A stretch of DNA of 64,000 nt from Pristiophorus japonicus (GCF_044704955.1 NC_091999.1:62062001-62126000), one strand, 5' to 3'. Counted from the stretch's first letter, positions 1 to 13,479 are shown. A program made the numbers and translations. Notes: a model not told the origin generated them from the letters alone.

Positions 1-1858
1 CTCAGGCCTTTTGCCTGGAGCACGACCCATCTCCTCTATCTGGGAGTCTACCTTAGCCCCGACGAGAAATCCTGGCCAGCGAACTGGCAAGAGCTGGAGG
101 CCAAATTCGCCGCTCGCCTAGGGTGCTGGACAGTACTGCTCCGAGTGCTGTCCTACAGGGGTCGAGCGCTAGTCATGTTGTGGTACCGGCTGGCCACTTT
201 GACCCCTCCCCCTGCGTTTGTCACCAAGATACAGAAGAAGCTGGTGGATTTCTTCTGGAACAACAGGAAGCACTGGGTCTCTGCCGCGGTCTTGAGTCTC
301 CTGCTTGGGGAGGGCGGTCAGTCGTTGGTGTGCGTCAGCACCCAGCTCGCGACTTTCCGTCTTCAGACCCTGCAGAGATACCTTTACGTTGAGCCCCCTC
401 CTAGGTGGTGTGCTCTGGCGACGTATTTCTTCCGCCAGCAGCACGGCCTCAACTACGACATGCAGCTCCTGTTTGTGAGCTTGGGGGGCGTCAGGACCGC
501 CTTCCAGGAGCTGCCTGTCTTTTACAAGGAACTCACCACGGTCTGGAACAAAGTCTCCACCAAGCGCAGCTCTCCACCGGCTGGAGTGGCGGCCGTCCTG
601 CAGGAGCCGCTGCTCGGGAATCCGTATCTCCACGACCGAGGTTTTAGGTGGCGGTCGGACGAGAGGGCTGTGGCTGGTGAGGTGACCAGGGTTAGGAACC
701 TGCTCGATGGCGAAGGAGCGGGCTGGATGGCGCCAGACATGCTGGCGTGGCGCCTAAATTCCACCAACGTCCGCCACGCGGCCAATGCCATTGAGTCGCT
801 AAAAACAGCTCTGGACCTTGACTCCATTAGATGCATCGAGGAGGCTCAAGCACGTGGGGAGATCCCGTCCGAACTGACCCACGTCCGGACGGAATTCCTC
901 ATCGGCGCCAAACCCTGGAACCTCCCTCGGGAGCCGGCGCCTCACAACTTGAGCCGCCTCGAGGAAATCCCCTCCGAGCCTTTCAGTTCCGTGCGGAGCG
1001 GTTTCCTGTACGGGCTGCTCCTGCACACTCTCAACTTTGCCATCCTCGTCTGCCATCCGGACACGCCATGGCGTACCATCTTGCCGTCCGGAGGAGGCGG
1101 GGGTCACCAATAGAGGGCACTCGACGCGGGAGTCCTTCCAGTATTTATCGGGGATTTGGCATGGAGGGTGGTGCACGGAGCAGTCCCGTGCAATAAATTT
1201 TTAAACCAGTTCACGGGCTCGCAGTCCGCCTGCAATTTCTGCGGTCTGGAAGAGTCCGTGTTCCATGTTTTTATGGAATGCGCGAGGTTGCAGCCCCTTT
1301 TTTATTATTTAAAGGGGCTGCTCCTGAAATTCTGGCTGCACTTCAGTCCCACACTCCTGATCCTTGGACACCCTGTGCGGAGGGGAGCGGGTAGGTCCGA
1401 GGGCCTCCTCGTAGGACTGCTCCTGGGCACGGCCAAGGGTGCCATCAGCCGGTCCAGGCAGTGGGCGGTCGAGGGGGTCGTACAACCTGACTGCCTGCCT
1501 CTCTTCCGCGCATACATCCGTGCCAGGGTGTCCTTGGAGATGGAGCATGCGATGTCCACCGGTACGCTCGTGGCCTTCCGCGAGAGGTGGGCGCCGGAGG
1601 GACTGGAGTGCATCGTCACGCCCGGCAACCAAATTTTAATTTGATTTTATATTTTAAAGTTTAATTTGTTTCAATTGCCGGTGTTTTTAGTGACCCCCTC
1701 CCCTTTTATAGGGGGCACTTGGAGAAAAAAAAATAAGATTTTAGTGCCCAAAAAAAAACTTACGAAAAAAAAAGGGCCTTGGAAATGTTGGTGCGCCCCC
1801 CAGATCGGGGGGACACGATTTACTGATTTCATGTGTTAATTTTCTCCCAAAAAAAGAG
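1..1858 (+). mobile_element. Tx1/L1-clade LINE, 3' part (ORF2 RT C-terminus + zf-RVT, 3' UTR, A-rich end)
   Basis: ORFs 145-1113 and 1156-1644 share a frame, separated by one TAG (1111-1113); motifs YLGVYL, LSYRGRALV, WRVVHGAVPCN, CNFCGLEESVFHVFMEC are typical of Tx1 ORF2; GC-rich body, A-rich 3' end. Confidence 0.85.
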
Positions 1859-2085
1859 TTCTGTGGACATCCACTCCAACGTCTCTTTGTCCCTCTACAC
1901 TTCTCAGTGTACCATTTAATGTGTATTCCCTTTCCTTGTCAGCCTTCCCCAAATGCATTACCTCACAAACCTCTGGATTAAATTCAATTTGCCACTGTTC
2001 TGCCCACCTGACCCGTTGATAGACATTTTCCTGCTGTCCGCACCTTTATTCTTCATTATCAACTACACAGCTGATTTTCGTATCG
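1859..2085 (-). mobile_element. CR1 LINE fragment (degenerate), the target of the Tx1 insertion
   Basis: Closely resembles the CR1 copy at 9017-9260 (ctgtggacat...aaatgcattacctcaca...). Confidence 0.65.
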
Positions 2086-3121
2086 TTTCAACGCAATATT
2101 CAGAAATAGATGCATTTTAATAAACATTTACAGGCATCATTTCTGGACATTTGTCCGTAGACAGCATTTGTGAACCAGTGCTTGATCACCAGAATTAACT
2201 GCACTGATGAAAAGTGGCGGGAAATACATATCAAGACACAAATTATTGACCGATCATTGTTGCATCGGTTCACTTCATATTTTTTCATTAGTCACACGAT
2301 TTTTACTTTTTAAAAATAACGACTTTTGGACTTGAACAGAGATTGTTAGCTGAAGGCAGTGCGAATATAGATCTGGGACAAGAAGTCACGCTGATGCAGA
2401 ATGATGTTGTAATAAATTTTGCTTTGGACACCGGGGAACTTTACAATTCCAATAAAATTTCACAATGAACAGGGATACAAAAGACACATACTCTGACTCA
2501 GGGAGATTTGAAATGAGAACAGAAAACCTGGAAGATCAAGCAACATCTGTGGAAAGAGAAAATGAGTTAATGCATCAGATCAGTGATCTTTCATTAGAAC
2601 ACAATGAACAAAGCGGCTGTGAAGCAAAATCTCGAAACACAAAATGTCAAAACGGGTAAAGACGCAGAATATCAGCAGAAACCTTAACAACCAATGACTT
2701 GCTGTAATGACTTGCAATGATAGCAGCGAGAAGCGGATAGTAAATGGAAAGTATTGGACTGTTTCCAGGGGCGTGCATTCTCAGTGAGAAAAGAATTGCT
2801 GCAGACAGTAGCTCCAACATGAGTTGTGGCTCATTCTAATGATCCCTTAGTTATACCGAATGTTAATCCCTAGTGAGCCAATCAGATTGTGCAATTTTAT
2901 TGTTAGCTATGGTCATTGAAACAAACAAATTAAGGCAGCCATTTTCGAGCTCACCTTTTCTACATTAGAATAACTTCCAATGAATATTGCACCATGTGGA
3001 AGGGGAAAAAAGACTTCCGTATCTTTCTAAGGAAAATAAAATGAAAATCTCCATCTGGACATTCGAAGATGCCATAAAACCATACACAGCATGGAGGTCC
3101 GAGTTCAATTCCTGGTGTTTT

Positions 3122-3422
3122 CTCTAGAACTATGGGGCACAGTCTCAGGATAAGGGGAAGCCCATTTAGGATCGAGATGAGGAGGAATTTCTTCACTCAG
3201 AGGGTTCTGAATCTTTTGAATTCTCGGCCTCATATCTCTGAATATATTCAAGACTGAGGCAGATAGATTTTTGGAGTCTATGGGGAATCTGTGGATATGA
3301 AGATTGTGCAGGAAAGTGTAGTTGAGTTCGATGATCAATCTTGAATTTATTGAATGGCAGAGCAGGCTCGAGAGGCATAGGGCCTACTCCTGCTCCTATT
3401 TCTAATGTTTGTTATGTTCCTT
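3122..3422 (+). mobile_element. CR1 LINE 3' end
   Basis: RGHSLRIRG...RRNFFTQRV coding remnant followed by gcctactcctgctcctatttct...tatgtt tail. Confidence 0.8.
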
Positions 3423-3829
3423 AATCGGACCCAAATTATCTCAGTGGGAGAAAGCAGTTGTTGCGATCTAATGATAACTTTTGTCTCTCATCCTGCAATA
3501 AAGCAGTCATAGGGAAGTAGGTGGTGCTACCATTGGACAGAGCACCCCTTGTTCTGCAGCAAACCGTCAAACGGCAGAAGGGGTGCTAATATTATAAACC
3601 ACATCCCTCATCATCCGATAAATCAATAATCGGGATGGTAAAACTAGACAGACAAATAAGATGTAAACAGAAACGTTTTTATTATCAATTAAAACATGTA
3701 ATACTCAAATAAACAGGGTTGAATCCAGGAAACAGCTAAAGAAAATGATGGCTGCTATTATATCATCAAACACTAATGGACTAATGGTTTGTAGACAACT
3801 GTGGCAGTAATGGGATCAGCATTTTTCTT

Positions 3830-5742
3830 TACGTGGTGAATCAGAGACTTATCAAAGACTGTATTGGTCCACTGAAGGGTGTTCAAGGGCAGGTTGCAAA
3901 GGATTCACTAAGAATGGTGGAAATATTACATTTGTACTTTGCATCAGTCTTCACCCTTGAAAATGATGCTCGAATATTAGAATTTAATTCTACTAATTTT
4001 GTTAGCAGCATTACCAAAGATAAAAACGTTAGGGTAAAAATAATTAAGAACTTGAAAATAGATAGAGCATCCGTGCTGGATGATATCCGCCTGATGGTCC
4101 TCTGTGAGATAGGACATGAGCTGTGAGAGCTCCTGGCCTGTATTTTTAATAGCTCACTGCTCTCTTGAATGTTTCCTACAGATTGGAAGGAGACTAATGC
4201 AGACCCCATTTTTGAAATAGGTGACAAGACAGACCCGGGCAACTATAGGCCCATCAGTTTAACATCAGTAATAGGTAAGATGTTTGAAGCAACCATAAGG
4301 GATTTAAGAATATTGGATAGGGAGGGACATTTTAGGCATACCAATATGACTTCATACAAAAGAGGTAATATCTCGCAAATCTAATTGTATTTTTTGAAAC
4401 AGTTACGAAGTTTGTGGATCAGGGAAGCCCAGCAGACATTGTCTACTCAGATTTCCCAAAACATTTTGAAAAAGTACCGCACAAAAGGCTTTTGTATAAG
4501 ATCGGAGCCTCTGGTAAACGTTGAAATATATTGAGTTGGATTCAGAACTGGCTGGCAGGACACTGGTAAAAAGTAATAATTGATGGATTTGAATCTGATT
4601 GTAGACTAGTCACCCGTGGTGTCTGGCAGCGGACAGTGTTGGGACAATTGTGTTTTACTATTTGTATTAATGATCTAGATTTTGGGATTGCGCGCAAAAC
4701 TTTTAAATTTGCAGATGATACCAAGATCTGAGTGAGATTTTGAATTATAGCAGATGCTCGACTGCTTCAGGCAGATCTGAATGTGCTGGTAGATTATGCT
4801 CAAGTCTGGAAAATGATGTACGACTTAGATAAGTGCATATTTATGCATGTGGGTAGGGCAAATGTTCACATTCTTACACCCTCCAGGGAAAGGTATTAAA
4901 TTTGGCGCAGATAGAAATAGAATTGCGCATTCTAGTACATACATCCTTAAAGGTACATGAGCAATGCTGTGCAGTGATAGTTACAGCAAATAAGGCATCG
5001 GGGTGTATCCAAAGGACATTTGATTATAATAGGACGTGTACTGTTTTGTCCTTGAACAAGGCCTTAGTCAGACCGAGCTTTGAATACTGTGTCCAGTGTT
5101 GTCCTCCTCACATGATAGGTGATATTGACGCTCTGAAAAGGAGAACAAGAGGGTCACTCGGCTATTTCCAAGTATAAAGCATTTTAATTACCAAGATAGG
5201 TTGAAAGAGTTGGAACTCAATTCCTTAGATCAGCATAGACTTAGGGGGGATCTGATTGAGGTTTTAAAATAATGAAGGAAATAGAAGGTTTTCCAGTCGA
5301 TAGTTTATTTCAATTAAATAGGTTAGGTAGGACCAGGTATCACATATTTCAGTTGTATAGGACTAGATCTAGGTTAGATGTCAGGAGGTGGATCTTTTCC
5401 CAGAAGATAGTAGACCATTGTACAATCTGTCATTTCATGTAATGAATGCAGACTCACTGAATTCCTCAAGTGAAAGCTGGATTTGTTTCTGGCTGCGGTA
5501 GAGATCACATGTTACAGAAGGTATGTACTGCAGGGAATTCAAGGCCAGAGTGATCACTTGGACTAGTTTCGATCACCTAGATGGATCAGAGAAGAATTTG
5601 CCAAATTTCTTCTCCAAAATTGGCCTGGGTTTTTAATCAGATTTTTGCTATTTCCAGGAGATCACATCGTTTCGGGCGGCGTGGGACAGGCTCAATGGAC
5701 CAGATGGTCTTAACCTTTCCATCATTGTATGTATGCTCGTAT
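3830..5742 (+). mobile_element. CR1 LINE (older subfamily), degenerate RT region to 3' tail
   Basis: PGNYRPISLTSVIGK, FADDTK, LVRPSFEYCVQ motifs across broken frames. Confidence 0.85.
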
Positions 5743-5970
5743 CTTTGTTTGTAGAGTGTCCGTTCTCTTGCACTAAATCTGTCAGATGGCAGTAGGCGGT
5801 GCTAAATTTGTACAGAGCGTCGTTTGTCTTGCGGCAAATCAGTCAGAGGGCAGCAGGGGGCGCAACAATTATTAAAGAACATGACATTCCATGCGTTAAA
5901 AAATTAAGAAAGCAGTAGGGGGCGCTACAATTATAAACGAATCAAGATATTGAAAAAGAGATAAATTCCT

Positions 5971-6150
5971 NNNNNNNNNNNNNNNNNNNNNNNNNNNNNN
6001 NNNNNNNNNNNNNNNNNNNNNNNNNNNNNNNNNNNNNNNNNNNNNNNNNNNNNNNNNNNNNNNNNNNNNNNNNNNNNNNNNNNNNNNNNNNNNNNNNNNN
6101 NNNNNNNNNNNNNNNNNNNNNNNNNNNNNNNNNNNNNNNNNNNNNNNNNN
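5971..6150. other. Assembly gap (N run)
   Basis: Run of n. Confidence 0.98.
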
Positions 6151-6164
6151 AGAGGGATAATCTG

Positions 6165-6415
6165 CCAGATAGGCAGATAGAAAGATAGACAGACAGCCGA
6201 ATAGATTGATAGTTACATAGATCGACTGATAAATATATAGATAGATAGACAGATATACCTACAGACAGACTGATAGACAGACTGACAGACAGACTAACAG
6301 ATAGATAGTTAGACAGATAGACAGAAAGGGCTAGAAGAATCTATAGATATAGAGACAGATTGAAAGATAGATATTGATAGGATAGACAGATAGCTCGGTA
6401 GATCGGTAAATATAA
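6165..6415. repeat. (GATA/GACA)n degenerate microsatellite
   Basis: Repeated agat/agac tetramers. Confidence 0.85.
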
Positions 6416-6835
6416 TGTTGAGCGCTGTTTGCAGTTCGATTTGTGTGTGTGGAAAAGTTACACTTTCAAAATCAAGTTATGGAAATCTCATTTTGTACTG
6501 CCATGTAATAGACTGCATGGTGGGACTGGCGAGCGGGATCTGCAATAACATAATGCAGGAGAGGGGCGAGGGTCAGGAGATGGAAACCGCAGGGTGTACG
6601 GACACTTGATAAATGTACATTTGGCACACTGTAATTAAAGAATGTAAACAACTTCCCCATCCAGTCTGAATCAGACCGACCTTCATCTCCTTTGCTTGTT
6701 GCTGGATGTGACGCTATGTCTCAGGATCAAGTGGACACTATCTCAACAGTCCTTAAAACCGTGGAAGTACATTACGAGTCACATCAGAAATCATATTCAA
6801 TTGAAAATCAGTGAGGCACAATGCAGGGATACATA

Positions 6836-7249
6836 ATAACATAAAAAATAGGAGCAGTAAGAGGCCATTTGGCCCCACGAGCCTGCTCCGCCCTTCAGTA
6901 AAGTAATGGTTGATCTTGTACCTCAACTGCACTTTCCAGCACTATCAAGAATCCCTTGATTCACTTATTATTCGACAATCTATCGATATCTGCCTTGAAC
7001 TTACTGAACGAGTATGCCTCCACTGCCCTCTTGAGCAGAGAATTCCAAAGAATCACCCACCTCTGTGAAGACATTTCTCTTCATCTAAGTCCTGATTTAT
7101 CCTGAGATAGTGAAAGCCTAGTTCTAGACTCTCCTGCCAGATCTTGCCTGCGTCTACTCTGTAAAGCCCTGGAAGAATTTTGTAGTTTTTATATGACATT
7201 TTATTCTTCGTAACTCTAGAGGATATAGGAGTAGTCTACTCAATCTCCC
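6836..7249 (-). mobile_element. CR1 LINE 3' end, running into the gap
   Basis: ataacataaaaaataggagcagtaagaggccatttggcc is the reverse complement of the CR1 tail; followed by agaattccaaag... body. Confidence 0.75.
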
Positions 7250-7463
7250 NNNNNNNNNNNNNNNNNNNNNNNNNNNNNNNNNNNNNNNNNNNNNNNNNNN
7301 NNNNNNNNNNNNNNNNNNNNNNNNNNNNNNNNNNNNNNNNNNNNNNNNNNNNNNNNNNNNNNNNNNNNNNNNNNNNNNNNNNNNNNNNNNNNNNNNNNNN
7401 NNNNNNNNNNNNNNNNNNNNNNNNNNNNNNNNNNNNNNNNNNNNNNNNNNNNNNNNNNNNNNN
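7250..7463. other. Assembly gap (N run)
   Basis: Run of n. Confidence 0.95.
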
Positions 7464-8190
7464 AGCAGGGACTAAGAGGCACCCGACACTGTGCAGCTAT
7501 TACCATGAGGGTTACAGACTGAGACACCAGTCGATGTACTGATATGTCCCTGAGGGAGGAAGTCATATGGATACCAATCAATGTCGAGATCTCTCCCTGA
7601 TGGAGAAGGAGTGAGAGAAATCAGTCAATGTACAGATATCTCCCTGTGGAGTGGAACTGAACGACATCAGTCAATATTCTCATATATCCATGAAGGAGAG
7701 GGACAGAGATAAACCGTCCATTGTACAGATAGCTCCTCAGGACATGAGACAGAGAGACACCCGTCAGTGTCCAGATATTTCTTGAGTATGCAGGTATAGC
7801 CATGAGGGATAGGGGAATGAGGAAAACTGTCGATATATTGATACCTCCATGCTGGACAGGGACGGAGAGACACTTGCCAGTGTAGAGCTATCTCCCTCAG
7901 GGAGAGTAGACTGAGACGCCAGGCACTGCACAGATATCTCTTGTGCGAGCAGGGACTGAGGGACACCAGCCAGTCTACAGAAATCTCCCTGAGTTGGGAA
8001 GGGACTGAGAGATACCAGCACTGTACAAACATTTCTTGAGTGACAAGAGACTGGGAGACACCAGTCAACGTAAATATGTTTTCCTGCGAGAGGGGTGGGG
8101 GGCATCGAGACATCTGTAAATATACAGTTAACATCGGGAGGGAGAGCGACTGAGACATTAGTCAGTGCACAGATATCTCGCTTTCTCACG
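7464..8190. repeat. Minisatellite, ~45-bp degenerate unit
   Basis: Recurring gggactgagagacaccagtc-n-tgtacagatatctccctg core. Confidence 0.8.
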
Positions 8191-8343
8191 TATAGGATGA
8201 CATTATTTTCAGTATTTCAATAACTTTAATCATATCCGTCCATTTTCAGGATGCAGTTTCGTCCTTGATGTGTGAAATTATGCATGCTGGACCCTCAGGG
8301 ATCTCTCGTATCTACTGGTTTCCAAAGATTTCAGAGAGCAACA

Positions 8344-9573
8344 TCATAGAATCACAAAAGTTTACAGCACGGAAGGAGGCCATTTCCTCCCATCGTGACT
8401 ATGCCAGTCAATCAGAGGCAAACCAGCCAAATCCCACTTCCCAGCCTTGGTCCGTAACCCTGCAGGTTACGATACTTCAACTGCACATTCAAGTACTTTG
8501 TAAATGTGGTGAGGGTTTCTCCCTATGCCACCCTTTCAGCCAGTGAGTTCCAGACCTCCGTAACGCTCTGCGTTAAGAAATTCCCTTCAACTGCCCTCTA
8601 AACCTTCTACCAATTACTTTAAATTTATGCCCGCTGTATGTCGACCCCTCTTCTATGGGAAATAGACCCTTTCTATCTATTCTATCTTGGCCCCTCATAA
8701 ATGAATACACCTCAATCAGTTCTCCCCTCAGCCTCGTCTGTTCCTAGGAAAACAAATTTAGCCTGTGCAATCTGTACTCACAGCTAATATTCTCCACTGC
8801 TGCCAACATCCTCCTAAATCTCCTCTATACCCTCTCGAGTGCAATCACGCCCTTCCTTTAATGTCGTGACCAGTACTACAGCTGTGGCCTAACCAGTATT
8901 TTATACAGTTCAAACATAAACCACCTTTATTGTATGCTATGCCTTGCCTAATAAAGGCAAGCATTCCGTATGCCTTCTTAACCAGCTTATCTACCTGCTC
9001 TATTACTTTCAGGGATCTGTGGACATGCACTTTGGACATCCAGAGTCCCTTTGTTCTTCTACACTTCTCAGTTGCAACCATTTAAAGTGTATTCCCGTTC
9101 CTTGATAGCCATCCCCAAATGCATTACCTCACAGTTCTCTGGATTCAATTCAAATTTGCACTATTCTGCACCCATGACCAGTTGATTCATATCTTCCTGC
9201 ATTACGCAACTTTCCTCTTCATTATCAACCATATGGCCAGTTTTAGTATCATCTGCAAACTTCTCAATCATACCCCCTATATTCAAGTCTAGATCATTGA
9301 TGTATATCACAAAAAGTTGAGATCTAGAACTGAGCCCTGTGGAACACCACTGGAAAGATCTTTCCAGCAACAAAAACACCCATCAACCGTTATCCATTGC
9401 TTCCTGCCTCTGAGCCAATTTTTGGTCCAACTTGCCACTTTGCCTTGTATCGCAAGAGTTTTTACTTTTGTGATTAGTTTGCCATGTGAGACCTTATCAA
9501 ATGCTTTGCGAAAGTCCATATACATTACTTCATATGGTTGGCCCTCATCGACCAACCTGGTTAATTCCTCAAA
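8344..9573 (-). mobile_element. CR1 LINE, 5'-truncated
   Basis: Minus-strand YMDFRKAFDKVSH, SGVPQGSVL, KFADDTK; tail at 8344. Confidence 0.85.
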
Positions 9574-9809
9574 AAGGAGGTATCTTCAACCAGTCAAACC
9601 CACTGAGATCGGATTAACATGGTGGAGAAGCAACTGATAACTTCAACAACAAATAACCTTACAGGGCAGTATCAACTGTTTTTGGAGAATATATCTTTAA
9701 TTTACCCCATATTTTGATTGGTTGCTCTTTATTATTTGCCACAACATCAAATGGTTAGTTTTGAGAGTTGGAACGCAAGTCAACAGATCCTGGTCGGAGA
9801 TCAACTCAT

Positions 9810-12800
9810 CCAATCAGACTGGGCCCTCGATGGACAACGCCTATGACGAAGTGGCTCAGATCAAAATCATCGCCCTTCCCTGTTTCCTTGTATTAGTGCT
9901 TGTATCGGGCATTACCGGGACCTCAAGTGCACTGTGGCACATCATACGAATGAAGAAGGTCTCACAAGCAAGTGATGTCCTCCTTCTGGATTTAATGATC
10001 ACCGACTTCTTGATTATCCTGGTCTCTATACTTTCCCATATTCAATGTATCCTTGGAAGCAGATTATGGAGTAATTCCGTGATGTCAGTGCCTTCTTGCG
10101 TCCAATCAATGTTGATGGCAACGCACTTTTCATGACCTGCATTGCTATTACATAGAAACATAGAAAATAGGTGAAAAAGTAGGCCATTCGGCCCTTCGAG
10201 CCTGCACCACCATTCAATATGATCATGGCTGATCATGCAACTTCATTACCCCATTCCCGCTTTCTCTCCATACCCCTTGATCCCTTTAGCTGCAAGTGTC
10301 ACATCTAACTCCCTTTTGAATATATCTAACGAACTGGCCTCAACAACTTTCTGTGGTAGAGAATTCCACAGCTTCACATTTCTCTAGTGAAGAGGTTTCT
10401 TCTCATCTCGGTCCTAATTTGCTTATCCCTTATCCTTAGACTCATGGTCCTGGACTTCCACAACATCGGGACCATGCTTCTTGCATCTAACCAGTCCAAT
10501 CCCGTCAGAATTTTACATGTTTCTATGAGATCCCCTCTCATTCTTCTAAATTCCAGTGAATATAAGCCTAGTCGATCCAGTCTTTCTTCATATGTCAGTT
10601 CTGCCATCCCGCGAATCTGTCTTTTGAACCTTCGCTGCACTCCCTCAATAGCAAGAATATCCTTCCTCAGGTAAGGAGACCAAAACTCTACACAAATATG
10701 AAGGTGTGGCCCTTGTACAACTTCAGTAAGACCTTCCTGCTCTTATATTCAATAACTCTCGCGAAGAAGGCCAATATGCCATTCACCGCTTGCTGAAACT
10801 TCATGCCAACTTTCAATGACTGATGTACCATGACACCCAGGTCTCGTTGCACCTCCACTTTTCTTATTTGTCACCATTCAGATAATATTTTGCTTCCCTG
10901 TTTTTGTCACCAAAGTGGGTAACCTCACATTTATCTATATTATACTGCATTTGCCATGCATTTGTCCACTCACCTAACCTGTCCAAGTCACCCTGCAGCC
11001 TGTTACCATCTTCCTCACAGCTCACACTGCCATCCAACTTAGTGTCATCTGCAAACTTGGAAATATTACATTCAATTCCTTCGCCTAAATCATTAATGTA
11101 TATCGTAACTAGCTGAGGTCCCAGCACTGAACCTTGAGGTACCCCACTCGTCACTGTCTGCAATTCTGAAAAGGAACCGTTTATTCCTACTCTTTGCTTC
11201 CTGTCTGCCAATCAGTTCTCTATCTACGTCAATACATTACCCCCAATACCATGTGCTTTAATTTTTACACACTAATCCCTTATGTGGGACCTGGCCAAAA
11301 GCAGTTTGAAAGTCCAAATACATCACAACCACTGGTTCTCCCTTGTCCACGCTACTGGGTACATCCTAAAAAACTTCAAGACGATTTGGCAAACATGATT
11401 TCCCTTTCATTAATCCATGCTGACTTGGACAGATCCTGTCACTGCTTTCCAAATGCGCTGCTATTACATCTTCAATGATGGATTACAACATTTTCCCCAC
11501 TCCCGATGTCAGGCTAACCGGTCTATAATTCCCTGTTTTCTCTCTCCCACCTTTTTTAAAACGTGGGGTTACATTAGCTATCCTCCAATCCATAGGAACT
11601 GATCTAGAATCTATAGAATGTTGGAAAATGAGCACCAATGCATCCATTATTTCTAGGGCCACTTCCTCAAATACTCAGGGATGCAGACTATCAGTCCCTG
11701 GGGTTTTATCGACCGTCAATCCCATCAATTTCCCTAACACCTTATTCTGACTGCAAGGGACCTACATTTGTCCTAACTAATTTTTTTCTCTTTACATATC
11801 TATCGAAGCTTTGCTGTCAGTTTTCATGTTCTCGGCAAGCTTCCTCTCATACTCTAGTTGCCCCCTCCTAATTAAATCCTTTGTCCTCCTCTGCTGAATT
11901 CTAAATTTCTCCCAGTGCTCAGGTTTGCTGCTTTTCTGGCCAGTTTATATGCTTCTTCCTTGGATTTAACACAATCTCGAATTTCACTTGATAGCCACGG
12001 TTGAGCCACTTTCCCCGTTTTATTTTTATGCCAGACAAGGATATGTAATTATTGAAGTTCATCCATGTGATCTTTAAAAGTCTGCCATTGCCTATCCACC
12101 GTCAACCCTTTAAGTATCATTCGCCAGTCTATCCTAGCCAATCCGTTTCATTCCATCGAAATTAACATTCTTTAATTTCAGGACCCTAGTCTCTGAATTA
12201 ACTGTGTCACTCTCCATCTTAATGAAGAATTATATTAAATTAAGGTCACTGTTCCCCAAGTGGCCTCACAGAACAAGATTGCTAATTAATCCTCTCTCAT
12301 TACACAATCTAGGATGGCCAGCTCTCTAGTTGATTCCTCGACATATTGGTCTAGAAAACCATCGCTTATACACTCCAGGAAATCCTCCTCCACCATATTG
12401 CTACCAGTTTGGTTAGCCCAATCTATATGTAAATTAAAGTCACCCATGAAAACTGCTGTACCTTTATTGCACGCATCTCTAATTTCCTGTTTGATGCCAC
12501 CCCCACCTCACTATGACTGTTTGGTAGTCCGTACACAAATTCCACTAGCGTTTTCTGCCCTTTGGTGTTCCGCAGCTCTACCCATACAGATTCCGCATCA
12601 TCCAAGCTAATGTCCTTCTTTACTATTACTTTAATCTCCTCTTTAACCAGCAACGCTACCCCATCTCCTTGACCAATATATTTTTTTGTCCACCACATTA
12701 GGTCTCATGTCTGGAGAAGGCCTCGATGCTACCTCATTCTAGCCTATGCAATTTGGGTGGCAGTTTTGGCCCTGAGCCTGACAACCTTTTCATAATGAGA

Positions 12801-13230
12801 ACTAGCTGCTAAGGTTTCATGCAACTTTATGCAATTATCGTGGCAAATTTTCATGCAATTTTTTGAAATTAAATTATTTCCAATCCTGATGTTGTTGATC
12901 TGCTATACCCTAACCACAAAAATAATGATAGAAGTGGGAGCTGAGAAGGAATCTATGGAGCTGATGAAGAAGAAAGTGCTGAAGTACATTCGTGTAATTT
13001 TGTTTCTTCTTTTCTGCTTTGACCCTTATCACATCCCTGAATTGTATTTTGATTGTATTTTGAGATAAAGGATTTGCTAGATCCAGCGGATCCATTCTCA
13101 GTTTTTTTTACAGGGGCAATGGTAAATTTTACAACTGGACCCTCACTTCATTCATTGCCTTCCTCAATCCCTTGCTGTACATTTTCAGGTCGCAGAGCTT
13201 TGAATGGCGATCGCGCTGCTGCACTGTGTA
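9810..13230 (+). pseudogene. Single-exon class A GPCR pseudogene (P2Y/LPA/delta-group-like), split by a CR1
   Basis: 9810-10149 encodes N-glycosylation sites NSS/NQT, TM1, TM2 (LLDLMITDFL) and TM3 ending FMTCIAI; after the CR1, 12671 resumes DQY..VH, TM4 (AIWVAVLA), TM5 (FPILMLLICY), TM6 (CFDPYH), TM7 (LNPLLYIF at ~13163-13186); several frameshifts and stops. Confidence 0.8.
10150..12670 (-). mobile_element. CR1 LINE (APE-RT-3' tail, internally deleted) inserted in the GPCR
   Basis: catagaaacatagaaaatag tail at 10150; minus-strand SGVPQGSVLGP, KFADDTK, GVALLVKE/ESVWVELRN motifs. Confidence 0.9.
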
Positions 13231-13479
13231 ACATGCTCCGAACAGTAACCCACACGCTCACATCAGCAGGGTCTGAGTTAGAGTGTAAGAACTTACAATC
13301 TGCTTTTCCACATTAAGTTCGGAGAGAATGTGCTGAAGACACGAACATCAGGAGCAACACTGTTTGGGCCAGTAATTGCGGCTGAGCAAATATGCTACAA
13401 ATTATAGCAGATTGAACTTGCCTAAAGTGAAATCAGTCCAAACTTAGCTTGTGTGTCTATCACAAACGAATGATTACAT

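Noticed and set aside
169-1632. Overlapping antisense and alternate-frame ORFs over the Tx1 element
   Set aside because: Shadow ORFs of a GC-rich coding strand
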